This document shows, in pieces, positions 50,084-62,200 of a DNA stretch of 64,000 nucleotides. Within the stretch, counting starts at the first letter, position 1, and every line of letters begins with the position of its first letter. The position numbers and the translations under genes are program-made. Source of the stretch: Mytilus edulis (taxonomy: Eukaryota); contig NC_092349.1 of assembly GCF_963676685.1 (NCBI RefSeq), positions 75,906,473 to 75,970,472 of the forward strand, in the 5' to 3' direction. Below the pieces are notes generated by a model. That model did no database searches. It was not told where the DNA came from and worked only from the letters and a program-made list of their open reading frames with translations.

Positions 50084-51426
50084 GAATAACAAATGAAAGT
50101 TCAATTCATATGGTATTACGTTTAAGAGGAGGACCTGATCCTTTTTCTACAACTTTTCAATCATCAGGATCACAACCACTTTCATTGCCGGGTCAGATTC
50201 AGCAGCAACTACAAGAAAATTTGAAAGCCAAGTTTCAGGAAAAACAACAAGTGGTGCAGAATCAGGTTCAAGAACTAGGACAACAGGTGTTTGATGAGCG
50301 ACAACAAAATTTAGTAGTAGAGCAACTCCATTCCTTGTATAAACCATCAAGACCTGATCCATTACCTTTGTTGCAGTCCAATGTTTATCAACAACAACAG
50401 CAAATGTTGGGTTCCAATGTACAGCAACCACAGCAAATGTTTCAGCCCCAGGTTCAACAACAACAGCAAATGTTTCAGTCCCAGGTTCAACAACAACAGC
50501 AAATGTTTCAGCCCCAGGTCCAACAACAACAGCAAATGTTTCAGCCCCAGGTTCAACAACAACAGCAAATGTTTCAGCCCCAGGTTCAACAACAACAGCA
50601 AATGTTTCAGCCCCAGGTTCAACAACAACAGCAAATGTTTCAGCCCCAGGTTCAACAACAACAGCAAATGTTTCAGCCCCAGGTTCAACAACAACAGCAA
50701 ATGTTTCAGCCCCAGGTTCAACAACAACAGCAAATGTTTCAGCCCCAGATTCATCAACAACAGCAAATGTTTCAGTCACAAGTTAAGCAAAAACAGCAAA
50801 TGTTGCAGTCCCAGTTTCAGCAACAAGAGCAAAGGTTTCAGCCATGGGTTCAGCAACAACAACAACAATCTGCAGCTTGTGTCAGGTCTTTTAGTCCATA
50901 TTATTTTACCAAAAGTTGTTCTACTAAAAGTAGGAGATATGAACCTTTAAATCCGAAAGGTTTTAGTTTTGGGAGCCAGGTTACAGCAACTAATGAATTA
51001 TTTGGTCAACAGTCAAGCAGTGTTAGTGCACCTTTTAGTGGTTCTAATTTTGATAGTGTGCGATCATATGGGATGATTCCTAGCCAGGCAGAGACAACTC
51101 AAAATATATATGGTGGAGGTGGTGGTAGTGAAGTCGGAAGTGGATTTGGAAGTGGTTTCAGTTTTGGATTTCAGCAGCCACAGTTAAAACCGCCATCAAT
51201 GGCGAGTTTTGACTCAATTCAGTCTTCTAATGTGGCATATGGGGGCTTATTTGGGAGTGAGCCAGTAGGTGAAAGAGCAGCAGATACATACCAAGATAAA
51301 GATGAAACAGCCCAGGATGTATTACCTCTTAGAACTGACATGCCAAGTGGTGGCTTTGAATATAAAGAGGTAGACTATCCTGATACTGTGGATTTCATTA
51401 TTTTCTTGGATACCAATTTTCATTGA
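50084..51426 (+). CDS. Ubiquitin-like C-terminus (HMVLRLRGG) continuing into a Gln-rich 11-aa repeat region and a Gly/Ser-rich tail
   Basis: Acceptor ctattacag|ga. Translation ITNESSIHMVLRLRGGPDP... then 10 tandem copies of QQQQMFQPQVQ (a 33-bp DNA unit, 50443-50775), then FGSQ/FGSG-like G/S/F-rich sequence. A stop codon sits at 51424-51426. A phase-0 donor (aaagag|gtagac, 51369/51370) could instead splice to the exon at 52294. There is a 1-nt phase mismatch with the upstream Ub exon under canonical GT-AG. Confidence 0.5.
50443..50775 (+). repeat. 33-bp coding minisatellite (caacaacaacagcaaatgtttcagccccaggtt)x10
   Basis: Near-perfect tandem copies. Occasional c/t differences (cagtcc vs cagccc) mark individual units. 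The repeat generates spurious long ORFs in other frames and on the minus strand (50147..50779, 50362..50766, 50381..50950). Confidence 0.9.
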
Positions 51427-52293
51427 TTAATGAAAAATTGCATTTTCATTGATATTTGATTTGATTGTTTTGTCAAATCTACATGTATGCAAACTCTATA
51501 TCATTTTGACACCAGCAATATAACAAAATATAAAAGCATTTAAAAAGACAAACAAGATCATGAGATTAATAAGTTTAGAAAGAATTGATGTTGAAAGACA
51601 AAACATTTTTTTTTGCGATGATTTGACATTAGACATGTTTGAACTGAGAAAATGAATATAAAGGAAATATGTACTAAAAAATTATCACAAAAAAGGCCAT
51701 ATGTGTAAAGTCTGTTTACACTAGGGACTATATTCGTAGACAACGAAAATCAAAGGACAATAACTGTGTCCTTGGACCTGATAGGACAGAAAAACTTGAC
51801 CAATCTTTATAAAACTTTGAATAACCTAAGCTTAGGTAATTATGAGATAGTTTGCCAAGTTTCATGGCCATATGACAATTATTAGAGAAACTAGGGTCAT
51901 TTTAGTATTGACATTTGGATTTTTATTTTTGACGTATAAATTAAATATCTTCAACTGTCAAGATTTTGGCCTAAAAATTTGAAATTTTGCATAAATTTGC
52001 CTTTTAAATGCCCTTGAATATTATATATTAAGTATTATAAGCATCTGAACACTCATTTTATTTATCAGATGTATTGTAATTATTCCAAAGTCAAATTTAT
52101 ATGAGCCTATGCCTGAAAATAGAGATTTTCCAATTCAGGGAATCCTATAACTAAACACTATTTAACTGGAAAAATTTTGTTTCCTTGAAGTTTTTGCTTA
52201 GTGCTTGAATAATTTGCTAATAATCATTAAACATATGTTTATTTAAAAATTGTACAGACTAGAGAATTAAGAATGAAATAATTACTATTAAAG

Positions 52294-52416
52294 GTTAAAA
52301 GAAAAAAGCAATCAGCCAGAAAGTCAACTGGTGGTAAATGTCCTAGAATACAGGTTACTGGTAAACTAGCATCCACAGAAGCTTTGAGAGATGACCAATC
52401 TGCCTCAGTCAGTCAG
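52294..52416 (+). CDS. Exon encoding a histone H3 N-terminal tail mimic (KQSARKSTGGKCPR)
   Basis: ttaaag|gtt ... gtcag|gtggtt. 123 nt, phase 0-0. Translation VKRKKQSARKSTGGKCPRIQVTGKLASTEALRDDQSASVSQ. The core matches H3 residues 4-17 (KQTARKSTGGKAPR) at 12 of 14 positions. Confidence 0.45.
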
Positions 52417-53536
52417 GTGGTTATTATACCAATTACTGTAAACCAAGTAATTTTCGCAGATACTTTATTTCGCACTAATTAAGCCCTTTCTATCCTACTT
52501 TGTGGCAATTTAGTTTTAGTATTGTGATTTTCAAATTGACTGGATGTTGTTTTATAAGAAGTGATCTTGGTTTTAAATTTTCGAGACAATTTATATTCTC
52601 ATTATTTTTCTACTTGTGGAATTCTCAAAAAGACATCTCCGGCGAAAATTAGTTGGTTTATAGTAATACACAGAAAACAAGAATTGGTATGGAAACAGGG
52701 AATGTGTCAAACAGACAACCAAACTAGTAAGCATATCAGAGCTGAAGGCCATCAATTGGTCTTCAACATAGGGAGAAAATCCAGCACCCGACAGCCAGGC
52801 TTCAGCTAACTCCTTGAAAAAGTGTATACTAGTTCAGCAAAAATGGACATCACACTAAACTGCTAGAACATATAAATGAATTAAAATTAAAAAAGCATAC
52901 AAGACTTATAAAGACCACATTATGCCTTGAAATATGGTTGCTCTTTGTTCAGGTTGTTGTCTCTTTTGACACATTCCCCATTTCCATTCAGAATTTTATT
53001 ATTTGATATGTTTACAGATTGATGGCTCATCAACTTCCTATTAAACGAATACTTTTATTTTCTAACACACATGCGTAATGGTCCTGTATAAATAAAGGCA
53101 ATAGCAGTATACTGCTGGTCAATGAAATATTCGTCACATTTTACTAGAAGCTTTCTGAAACTTGTTGTCTGTCTTAGTAAGAACATGATTTACTGTGTGA
53201 AATGCAGTCTGATTCACTGATTAGCAACTAATACAAAATTGTTTAGTCAGGTGTATCATTAATAAGCAATAGCTCACAGTTTTTGGGAACACTAGTGATA
53301 TATAGGTCAATGATATTTGATATGAAGTTGTGTTAACATTTTCACATCTCATTTCCACAGAGATTTTGGCCCTGTCTCCTCAATCAAGGTTCATTGACTT
53401 TGAATATTTTGCATAACTTATAAATGTTGAAGAAATATTGCTATTTTAATTTCAATATTTGCATTTTACTATTGAAATAACAAAAAGGCTAGATATATCT
53501 TTGTTCTAGCAGTTCATTTTTGTATTATTACAACAG

Positions 53537-53683
53537 GAATTGGGGTCAATAGTTGAAGAACAAAAGAAGATTCCAGATAGGTATGGACCAAGGAAGAGTG
53601 CTCCTATAGTGGAAGAAATTCATATACCAGATACATCTTCTGAGGAAGAATCATCAGGGGAATCATCTGATGATCATGAAAGT
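53537..53683 (+). CDS. Exon encoding a PRKSAP motif (H3K27-region-like) plus an acidic Ser/Glu-rich tract
   Basis: caacag|gaa ... gaaagt|gtgagt. 147 nt, phase 0-0. Translation ELGSIVEEQKKIPDRYGPRKSAPIVEEIHIPDTSSEEESSGESSDDHES. Confidence 0.4.
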
Positions 53684-55787
53684 GTGAGTTCATAGTTCAT
53701 ATCAAAATTCTAATAACTGATTATTATATTTTCAGTGTAAAACCACTGATAGAAGCACATTTGGTAGGAAGAACACAAGTTTATATACTTCAGCATGGTG
53801 CAGTGGTCAAACTGTTTCAACTCTATAAAATTCCAAAAATAAATTACATTTAATCCTTATATATATACTTGAATGCTGAAGCAGAAATTTACAAGTAAAA
53901 TCAAGTATTTGGTTGAAGTTATGTAAAAAAATCATACAAGTAGCTGGCTGTATCGCCCTACAATCTAGTGTAAGATTAAGGTGGAACATAACACAACAGG
54001 GAGATAACTCTGTTAAAAAAGTCATACAAGTGGGAAGTTCAGGTTTTATAGATAGCTAAAATTGTGAAGATTGTGCATTGTATTGTAAAAAACAGCCCAT
54101 ATTTATGTAGCAGAAGCATTCTACCTTCCAATAAATAACTAAAAGTTTACATTTTAATAGTTTTGTAAAACTGCTATATTTTGGGGCCAAAAATGGGTCT
54201 TACTAGACCTACTTTGTTGGAGTGATCCCATAGATCCAGTATGGCTGAATCAAAAATACAATGCGCAATCTTCACAATTTTAGCATTTTGTTAAATTTTA
54301 GATGGTTTCTGTCTTAAATGAAAGTGGCTGCATTTGTGTTCTTTCTTAATATTGAAATGTAAGTTGTATTTGATGATAATACATAACATATTTAAAGGTT
54401 GAGGATGGACATGGATGCAGTCACTTTTATTTTTGACAAAAACCATCTGAAAAGTGACATTTGAGACCAAAATCGGCCCTTACCGGACCTACTCATTTAG
54501 AGATTCATGATTTTTCAAAGAAATTACCTTAAAAGATAAAAAATTGTAAATTTACATTACAGTTTTGATGGTCCCAAATAGCCATGCTACTAACAAGAAC
54601 TCAGATCGATCTTTTTGTCAAATAAAACTTCAATGTCAAGGGTAAGGTACTGATATTCTTTAATTGTCTTTTTTGCATTCTAAATGAGAAGAGGAATCAC
54701 CTTGGCTAAGAGATCTACAGAATTCATGTTTACTGTGTTAATTTGTATTTTAAATAAAACTTACTTAGATATAGGAAGATGTGGTGTGAGTGCCAATGAG
54801 ACAACTCTCCATACAAATAACAATTTAAAAAGTAAACCATTATAGGTTAAAGTACGGCCTTCAACACGGAGCCTTGGCTCACACCGAACAACAAGCTATA
54901 AAGGGCCCCAAAAATTACTAGTGTAAAACCATTCAAACGGGAAAACCAACGGTCTAATCTATATAAACAAAACGAGAAACGAGAAACACGTATATATTAC
55001 ATAAACAAACGACAACTACTGTACATCAGATTCCTGACTTAGGACAGGTGCAAACATTTGCAGCGGGATTAAACGTTTTAATGGATCCAAACCTTCTCCA
55101 TTTTTCTGAAACAATAGCATAACATCACAACAAAGAAAAACATACGATAAAATATCAATTGGCAGACTTAACTCAATCAAAAAACGTATGATTAAACAAT
55201 GAACGAATAAATTTGATCTGCGATATCTGAATACAAATGCACAGTTAATTAAATATTAGAGACAAACATTCATGACCAAAAAGCTAACAAACAAATTCAA
55301 ACACAGGACATGACTGAGAAATATTTAACCAATCAATGTTCACTTTAGAAAAAAAACATTTTTTTATAATCTTGAAGTTTATACAAATGTTGTAAGAATA
55401 AGTGAAAAATTGAAGATATTACAAATAATAAAAGCTGGTGTAGACAAGATCCATATAAATAAAAAATAACAGAAAAGCATTATAAACAGTATCAACAGGT
55501 CGAATTAACAAGAAAATACGATTTGAGAGTACTCGCAGTTACTGACAGCTAGTTAAAAGCCAAAACCAATAAATAATAAAAAATCATGCATCAGAGACTA
55601 AAATCGACTAAAACACATCACAGGGATTAAGTATTTTAACGTCATTAATAGTCAAAGAAGACATGACTTGTGCAATGCCAAAAATAAATGTATCGACAGG
55701 TAGTAGTATAGTGAAGAGCGACTTCTATAGAAATAAAAGTTAACGTGTCTGTGTCTCTATACATCTCGCCTCAAAAGATAATGAAAT

Positions 55788-56300
55788 TTAGTTATGTTTT
55801 AATTTGCTAATGACAATATCAATATTAGTGCCAATGTGAACTATATTCAGAGATCTTATTACAATATTGGTACGATAACCCTTACTTATAAGTTTGTTTA
55901 AAGGTTTGATGAGTTTACAAGGATCACATAGTGATTTCCTCGCTTTAAGTACAATATTACCATAAAATTTAGGATGTGAAATACCATTTTTAATAAGCTT
56001 TCTACAGGTATAGCCAAATTTACTAATCAAATCTTTGTATCTATGAAAGAATTTAGTAAAAGTTTTAAGTAATTTATGGTATCGAAATCCCTGACACAAC
56101 AATTTACCAGTGATGCATTGATTACGTTCGTTAAAATCTATGACATCAGAACACACACGGGCAAACCGAACGAGTTGCGATATATAAACACCGTATGATG
56201 GAGCCAAAGGCACATCGCCGTCTAAAAAAGGAAAATTAACAATAGGAAATGAAAAATCGTCTCTTTTGTCGTAAATTTTAGTGTGAAGTTTCCCGTTTGA
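55788..56300 (-). other. Unassigned minus-strand ORF (141 aa or more, extendable upstream to about 56300), intronic; possibly a TE-derived relic
   Basis: Six-frame ORF 55788..56213. Its upstream in-frame extension reads ...KLHTKIYDKRDDFSFPIVNFPFLDGDVPLAPSYGVYISQLVRFARVC.... No splice-site support and no recognisable catalytic motif. Confidence 0.25.
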
Positions 56301-56701
56301 AATTGAAATGTCTAAATCTAGAAAAGGACAACTGCTGCTGGTTTACTTACTTACTTACTTGTTGGCTAAACATGTCGACCAGAATAAACTCTTACCATGC
56401 GGTTATTGATGGGTGTTGTTGTCTTTATTGTTTTATTTTATTTTACTTACTTACTGTAAATTCAGAAATTATTGCATGCATTTATTGCGATTTTTCATTT
56501 AAGACTTCTTAAAAATGCAATTTTAATTTTAACGATTTTGTGTTTAATTCATATAAAATATTTGAAAATGCGAGTTTAAATTATTGCATTTACAACTCTG
56601 TCACATTTTTTGCAATAATAAAAATCTCCCAATAATTTCAGAATTTACATTACCTCAAATTCAGGGCTGATTTCTGATTGTCATTATCTTTCTCTTTGTA
56701 G

Positions 56702-56902
56702 GACACATACAAAAGTCCAGGATTCTCTTATAATACAGCAGGGAAGTCCACAGGAGGATCAGCTCCAGCAATTACAAAACCTAAATCAGCTGTTCTTGAT
56801 CTGGTATACAAAAGTCCAGGATTCTCTTATAATACAGCTGGGAAGTCCACAGGAGGATCAGCTCCAGCACTTACAAAACCTAAGTCAGCTGTTCTTGATC
56901 AG
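56702..56902 (+). CDS. Tandemly duplicated 102-nt exon (2 x 34 codons) encoding GKSTGGSAPA(I/L)TKPKSAVLD
   Basis: ctttgtag|gac ... gatctg|gtatac (56803/56804), then a second copy ending gatcag|gtatac (56902/56903). Both copies keep a GT donor and the frame. The pair could be read as one 67-codon exon or as alternative exons. Translation DTYKSPGFSYNTAGKSTGGSAPAITKPKSAVLDL / VYKSPGFSYNTAGKSTGGSAPALTKPKSAVLDQ. Confidence 0.45.
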
Positions 56903-57194
56903 GTATACAATGGCTTTCTTAACCATTCACTACAGATAATAGACATAAATTATTCTTTGTAATCATAATGAATATTTGGAGATTGCATAGACAGATCTAG
57001 AGTATCTTGTTTGGATTCTGAAATGTTCTGGCCTGAGAACACAGTTATTTTGTAGAGCGTGCATTTCTTTTAGATGATAAATTAAAGTTTTAAAAATCCC
57101 ACTGGTAATTTCTCAATAACATATTTACAGTGTGTTGTACTAGCTTTGGGACAAATTATAGAAAAAGTTTTAAAAAATGGACAAATTTAAGAGC

Positions 57195-60100
57195 AAATCT
57201 GACATGAGGTAAAATTGTTTATCAGGTCAAGATCTATCTGCCCTGAAATTTTCAGATGAATCGTACAATTGCTGCCTCTGAATTGGTAATTTTAAGGAAA
57301 TTTTGCTGTTTTTTGTTATTATCTTGAATATTATTAAAGATAGAGATAAACTGTAAACAGCAATAATGTACAACAAAGTAAGACCTAAAAATAAGTCAAC
57401 ATGACCAAAATGGTCAATTGACCCCCTTAAGGAGTTATTGTCCTTTATAGTCAATTTTTAACAATTTTCATAAAATTTGTAAATTTTTACTAACATTTTC
57501 CACTGAAACTTAACTGGGCCAAGTCCATTATAGATACAGACAATTGTAAGCAGCAAGAATGTTCAGTAAAGTAAGATGTACAAACACATCACCATCACCA
57601 AAACACAATTTTATCATGAATCCATCTGCGTCCTTTGTTTAATATTCACATAAACCAAGGTGAGCGACACAGGCTCTTTAGAGCCTCTAGTTCGTAAATC
57701 TTAGTAATCTTTTAGAAAAATCTTCTCCTCTGAAACTACTGGGCCAAATTTAACCAAACTTGGCCACAATCATCATTGGGGTATCTAGTTTAAAAAATGT
57801 GTGATGTGACCCTGCCAACCAACCAAGATGGCCGCCATGGCTAAAAATAGAACATAGGGGTAAAATGCAGTTTTTGGCATTTTCCACTGAAACTTAACTG
57901 GGCCAAGTCCATTATAGATACAGACAATTGAAAGCAGCAAGAATGTTCAGTAAAGTAAGATGTACAAACACATCACCATCACCAAAACACAATTTTATCA
58001 TGAATCCATCTGCGTCCTTTGTTTAATATTCACATAAACCAAGGTGAGCGACACAGGCTCTTTAGAGCCTCTAGTTCGTAAATCTTAGTAATCTTTTAGA
58101 AAAATCTTCTCCTCTGAAACTACTGGGCCAAATTTAACCAAACTTGGCCACAATCATCTTTTGGGTATCTTGTTTAAAAAATGTGTGGCGTGACCCTGCC
58201 AACCAACCAAGATGGCCACCATGACTAAAAATAGAACATAGGGGTGAAATGTAGATTTTGGCTTATATCTCTGAATCCAAAGCATTAAGAGCAAATCTGA
58301 CATGGTATAAAATTATTCATCAAGTGTAAATCTATCTGCCCTGAAATTTTCAGACAAATCGGACAACCTGTTGTTGGGTTGCTGCCCCCGAATTAGTAAT
58401 TTTAAGGAAATTTTGCAGATTTTGGTTGTTATCTTGAATATTATTATAGATAGAGATAAACTGTAAACAGCAATAATGTTCAGCAAAATAAGATCTACAA
58501 ATAAGTCAACATGACCAAATTGTCAATTGACCCCTTAAGGAGTTATTGTCCTTTATAGTCAATTGCTAACAATTTTCGTAATTTTTTGTTAATTTTTGTT
58601 GTAAATTTTTAGGAAATATTTTCCACTGTAATTACTGGGCCAAGTTCATTATAGATAGAGATAATTGTAGCAACAAGAATGTTCAGTAAAGAAAGATCTA
58701 CAAACACATCACCATCACCAAAACACCATTTTGTCATGAATTTATCTGTGTCCATTGTTGATATGCACATAGACCAAGGTGAGCGACACAGGCTCTTGAG
58801 AGCCTCTAGTTCATAAATTTGAGTAATCTTTTACAAAAATCTTCTCCTCTGAAACTACTGGGCCAAATTAATCCAAACTTGGCCACAATTATTTTTGGGG
58901 TATCTAATTTAAAAAATGTGTCTGGTGACCCGGCCAACCAACCAAGATGGCCGACATGGCTCAAAATAGAATATAGGGGTCAAATGCAGTTTTTGGCTTA
59001 AAACTCAAAAACCAAAGCATTTAGAGCAAATCTGACATATGGGGTTAAATTGTTTATCAGGTCAAGATCTATCTGCCCTCAAATTTTCAGATGAATCAGA
59101 CAACCCGTTGTTGGGTTGCTGCCCCCGAATTGGTAATTTTAAGAAAATTTTGCTGTTTTTGGTTATTATCTTGAATATTATTATAGATAGAGATAAACTG
59201 TAAACAGCAATAATGTTCAGCAAAGTAAGATTCACAAATAAGTCAACATGACCGAAATGGTCAGTTGACCCCTTTAGGAGTTATTGCCCTTTATAGTCAA
59301 TTTTTAACCATTTTTCGTAAATCTTAGTTATCTAATACAAAAAACGTCTACTCTGAAACTGCTTGGCCAAATTAATCCAAACTTGACCACAATCATCTTT
59401 TGGGTATCTTGTTTAAAAAATGTGTGGCGTGACCCGGCCAACCAACCAAGATGGCCACCATGGCTAAAAATAGAACATAGGGGTGAAATGTAGATTTTGG
59501 CTTATATCTCTGAAACCAAAGCATTAAGAGCAAATCTGACTGGGGTAAAATTATTCATCTAGTAAAAATCTATCTGCCCTGAAAGTTTCAGACAAATCGG
59601 ACAACCTGTTGTTGGGTTGCTGCCCCCGAATTAGTAATTTTAAGGAAATTTTGCAGATTTTGGTTATTATCTTGAATATTATTATAGATAGAGATAAACT
59701 GTAAACAGCAATAATGTTCAGCAAAATAAGATCTACAAATAAGTCAACATGACCAAATTGTCAATTGACCCCTTAAGGAGTTATTGTCCTTTATAGTCAA
59801 TTGCTAACAATTTTCGTAATTTTTTGTTAATTTTTGTTGTAAATTTTTAGGAAATATTTTCCACTGTAATTACTGGGCCAAGTTCATTATAGATAGAGAT
59901 AATTGTAGCAACAAGAATGTTCAGTAAAGAAAGATCTACAAACACATCACCATCACCAAAACACCATTTTGTCATGAATTTATCTGTGTCCATTGTTGAT
60001 ATGCACATAGACCAAGGTGAGCGACACAGGCTCTTGAGAGCCTCTAGTTCATAAATTTGAGTAATCTTTTACAAAAATCTTCTCCTCTGAAACTACTGGG

Positions 60101-62080
60101 CCAAATTAATCCAAACTTGGCCACAATTATTTTTGGGGTATCTAATTTAAAAAATGTGTCTGGTGACCCGGCCAACCAACCAAGATGGCCGACATGGCTC
60201 AAAATAGAATATAGGGGTCAAATGCAGTTTTTGGCTTAAAACTCAAAAACCAAAGCATTTAGAGCAAATCTGACATATGGGGTTAAATTGTTTATCAGGT
60301 CAAGATCTATCTGCCCTCAAATTTTCAGATGAATCAGACAACCCGTTGTTGGGTTGCTGCCCCCGAATTGGTAATTTTAAGAAAATTTTGCTGTTTTTGG
60401 TTATTATCTTGAATATTATTATAGATAGAGATAAACTGTAAACAGCAATAATGTTCAGCAAAGTAAGATTCACAAATAAGTCAACATGACCGAAATGGTC
60501 AGTTGACCCCTTTAGGAGTTATTGCCCTTTATAGTCAATTTTTAACCATTTTTCGTAAATCTTAGTTATCTAATACAAAAAACGTCTACTCTGAAACTGC
60601 TTGGCCAAATTAATCCAAACTTGACCACAATCATCTTTGGGGTATCTTGTTTAAAAAATGTGTGGCGTGACCCGGCCAACCAACCAAGATGGCCACCATG
60701 GCTAAAAATAGAACATAGGGGTGAAATGTAGATTTTGGCTTATATCTCTGAAACCAAAGCATTAAGAGCAAATCTGACTGGGGTAAAATTATTCATCAAG
60801 TAAAAATCTATCTGCCCTGAAAGTTTCAGACAAATCGGACAACCTGTTGTTGGGTTGCTGCCCCCGAATTAGTAATTTTAAGGAAATTTTGCAGATTTTG
60901 GTTATTATCTTGAATATTATTATAGATATAGATAAACTGTAAACAGCAATAATGTTCAGCAAAATAAGATCTACAAATAAGTCAACATGACCAAATGGTC
61001 AATTGACCCCTTAAGGAGTTATTGTCCTTTATAGTCAATTGCGAACAATTTTCATAATTTTTTGTTAACTTTTGTAAATTTTTAGGAAATATTTTCCACT
61101 GTAATTACTGGGCCAAGTTCATTATAGATAGAGATAATTGTAGCAACAAGAATGTTCAGTAAAGAAAGATCTACAAACACATCACCATCACCAAAACACC
61201 ATTTTGTCATGAATTTATCTGTGTCCATTGTTGTTATGCACATAGACCAAGGTGAGCGACACAGGCTCTTGAGAGCCTCTAGTTTATAAATTTGGGTAAT
61301 CTTTTACAAAAATCTTCTCCTCTGAAACTACTGGGCCAAATAAATCCAAACTTGGCCACAATTATCTTTGGGGTATCTAATTTAAAAAATGTGTCCAGTG
61401 ACCTGGCCAACCAACCAAGATGGCCACCATGGCTAAAAATAGAATATAGGGGTCAAATGCAGTTTTTGGCTTATAACTCAAAAACCAAAGCATTTAGAGC
61501 AAATCTTACATGGGGTTAAATTGTTTATCAGGTCAAGATCTATCTGCCTTCAACTTTTCAGATGAATCAGACAACCCGTTGTTGGGTTGCTGCCCCTGAA
61601 TTGGTAATTTTAAGAAAATTTTGCTGTTTTTGGTTATTATCTTGAATATTATTATAAATAGAGATAAACTGTAAACAGCAATAATGTTCAGCAAAACAAG
61701 ATATACAAAAAAGTCAACATGACCAAAATGGTCAGTTGACCCCTTTAGGAGTTATTGTACAGCAAAATAAGATCTACAAATAAGTTTTACAACCAAATTA
61801 GTCAATTGACCCCTTAAGGAGTTATTGCCCTTTATAGTTAATTTTTAACAGTTTTCATAAATTTTTGTAAATTTTTAGAAAATATTTTCCAATGTAATTA
61901 CTGGGCCAAGTTCATTATAGATAGAGATAATTGTAGCAACAAGAATGTTCAGTAAAGTAAGATCTACAAAAAGATCACCATCACCATAACACAATTATGT
62001 CATGAATTTATCTGTGTCAATTGTTCAATATGCACATAGACCAAGGTGAGCGACACAGGCTCTTGAGAGCCTCTAGTTTA
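57195..62080. repeat. ~4.9-kb satellite with higher-order periodicity of ~1.24 kb, in the intron between the duplicated exon and the 62201 exon
   Basis: Identical six-frame ORFs at 58819, 60057 and 61292 (offsets 1238 and 1235). The array is built from two or three related ~380-620-bp subunits sharing the block tcttctcctctgaaactactgggccaaatt.a.ccaaacttggccacaat...gccaaccaaccaagatggcc.ccatggctaaaaatagaa.ataggggt. Copies are about 90-97% identical. Confidence 0.85.
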
Positions 62081-62200
62081 GTTTGCCTTTTTTTCTCTTT
62101 TCTTATTTTTTGTCCTATGTTTTGCACCATTTGCCCATATTCTCTATTCTGTAAACCCAATCCAACCTCATCTAAATGATATATCTAATAACATTTGCAG

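Noticed and set aside
50147-50950. Long ORFs on the minus strand and in the +2 frame overlapping the Gln-rich repeat (210 aa, 134 aa, 189 aa)
   Set aside because: They are a direct consequence of the 33-bp repeat having no stops in several frames (poly AETFAVVVEPG, LNLGLKHLLLL, FNNNSKCFSPR). They carry no independent support. Only the frame continuous with the ubiquitin-like LRLRGG segment is credible.
58819-61519. Three near-identical 60-75-aa ORFs (MSNLLQKSSPLKLLGQINPNLATIIFG...)
   Set aside because: They recur with the satellite period (1238 and 1235 bp) and are simply an open frame within each higher-order repeat unit, not genes.
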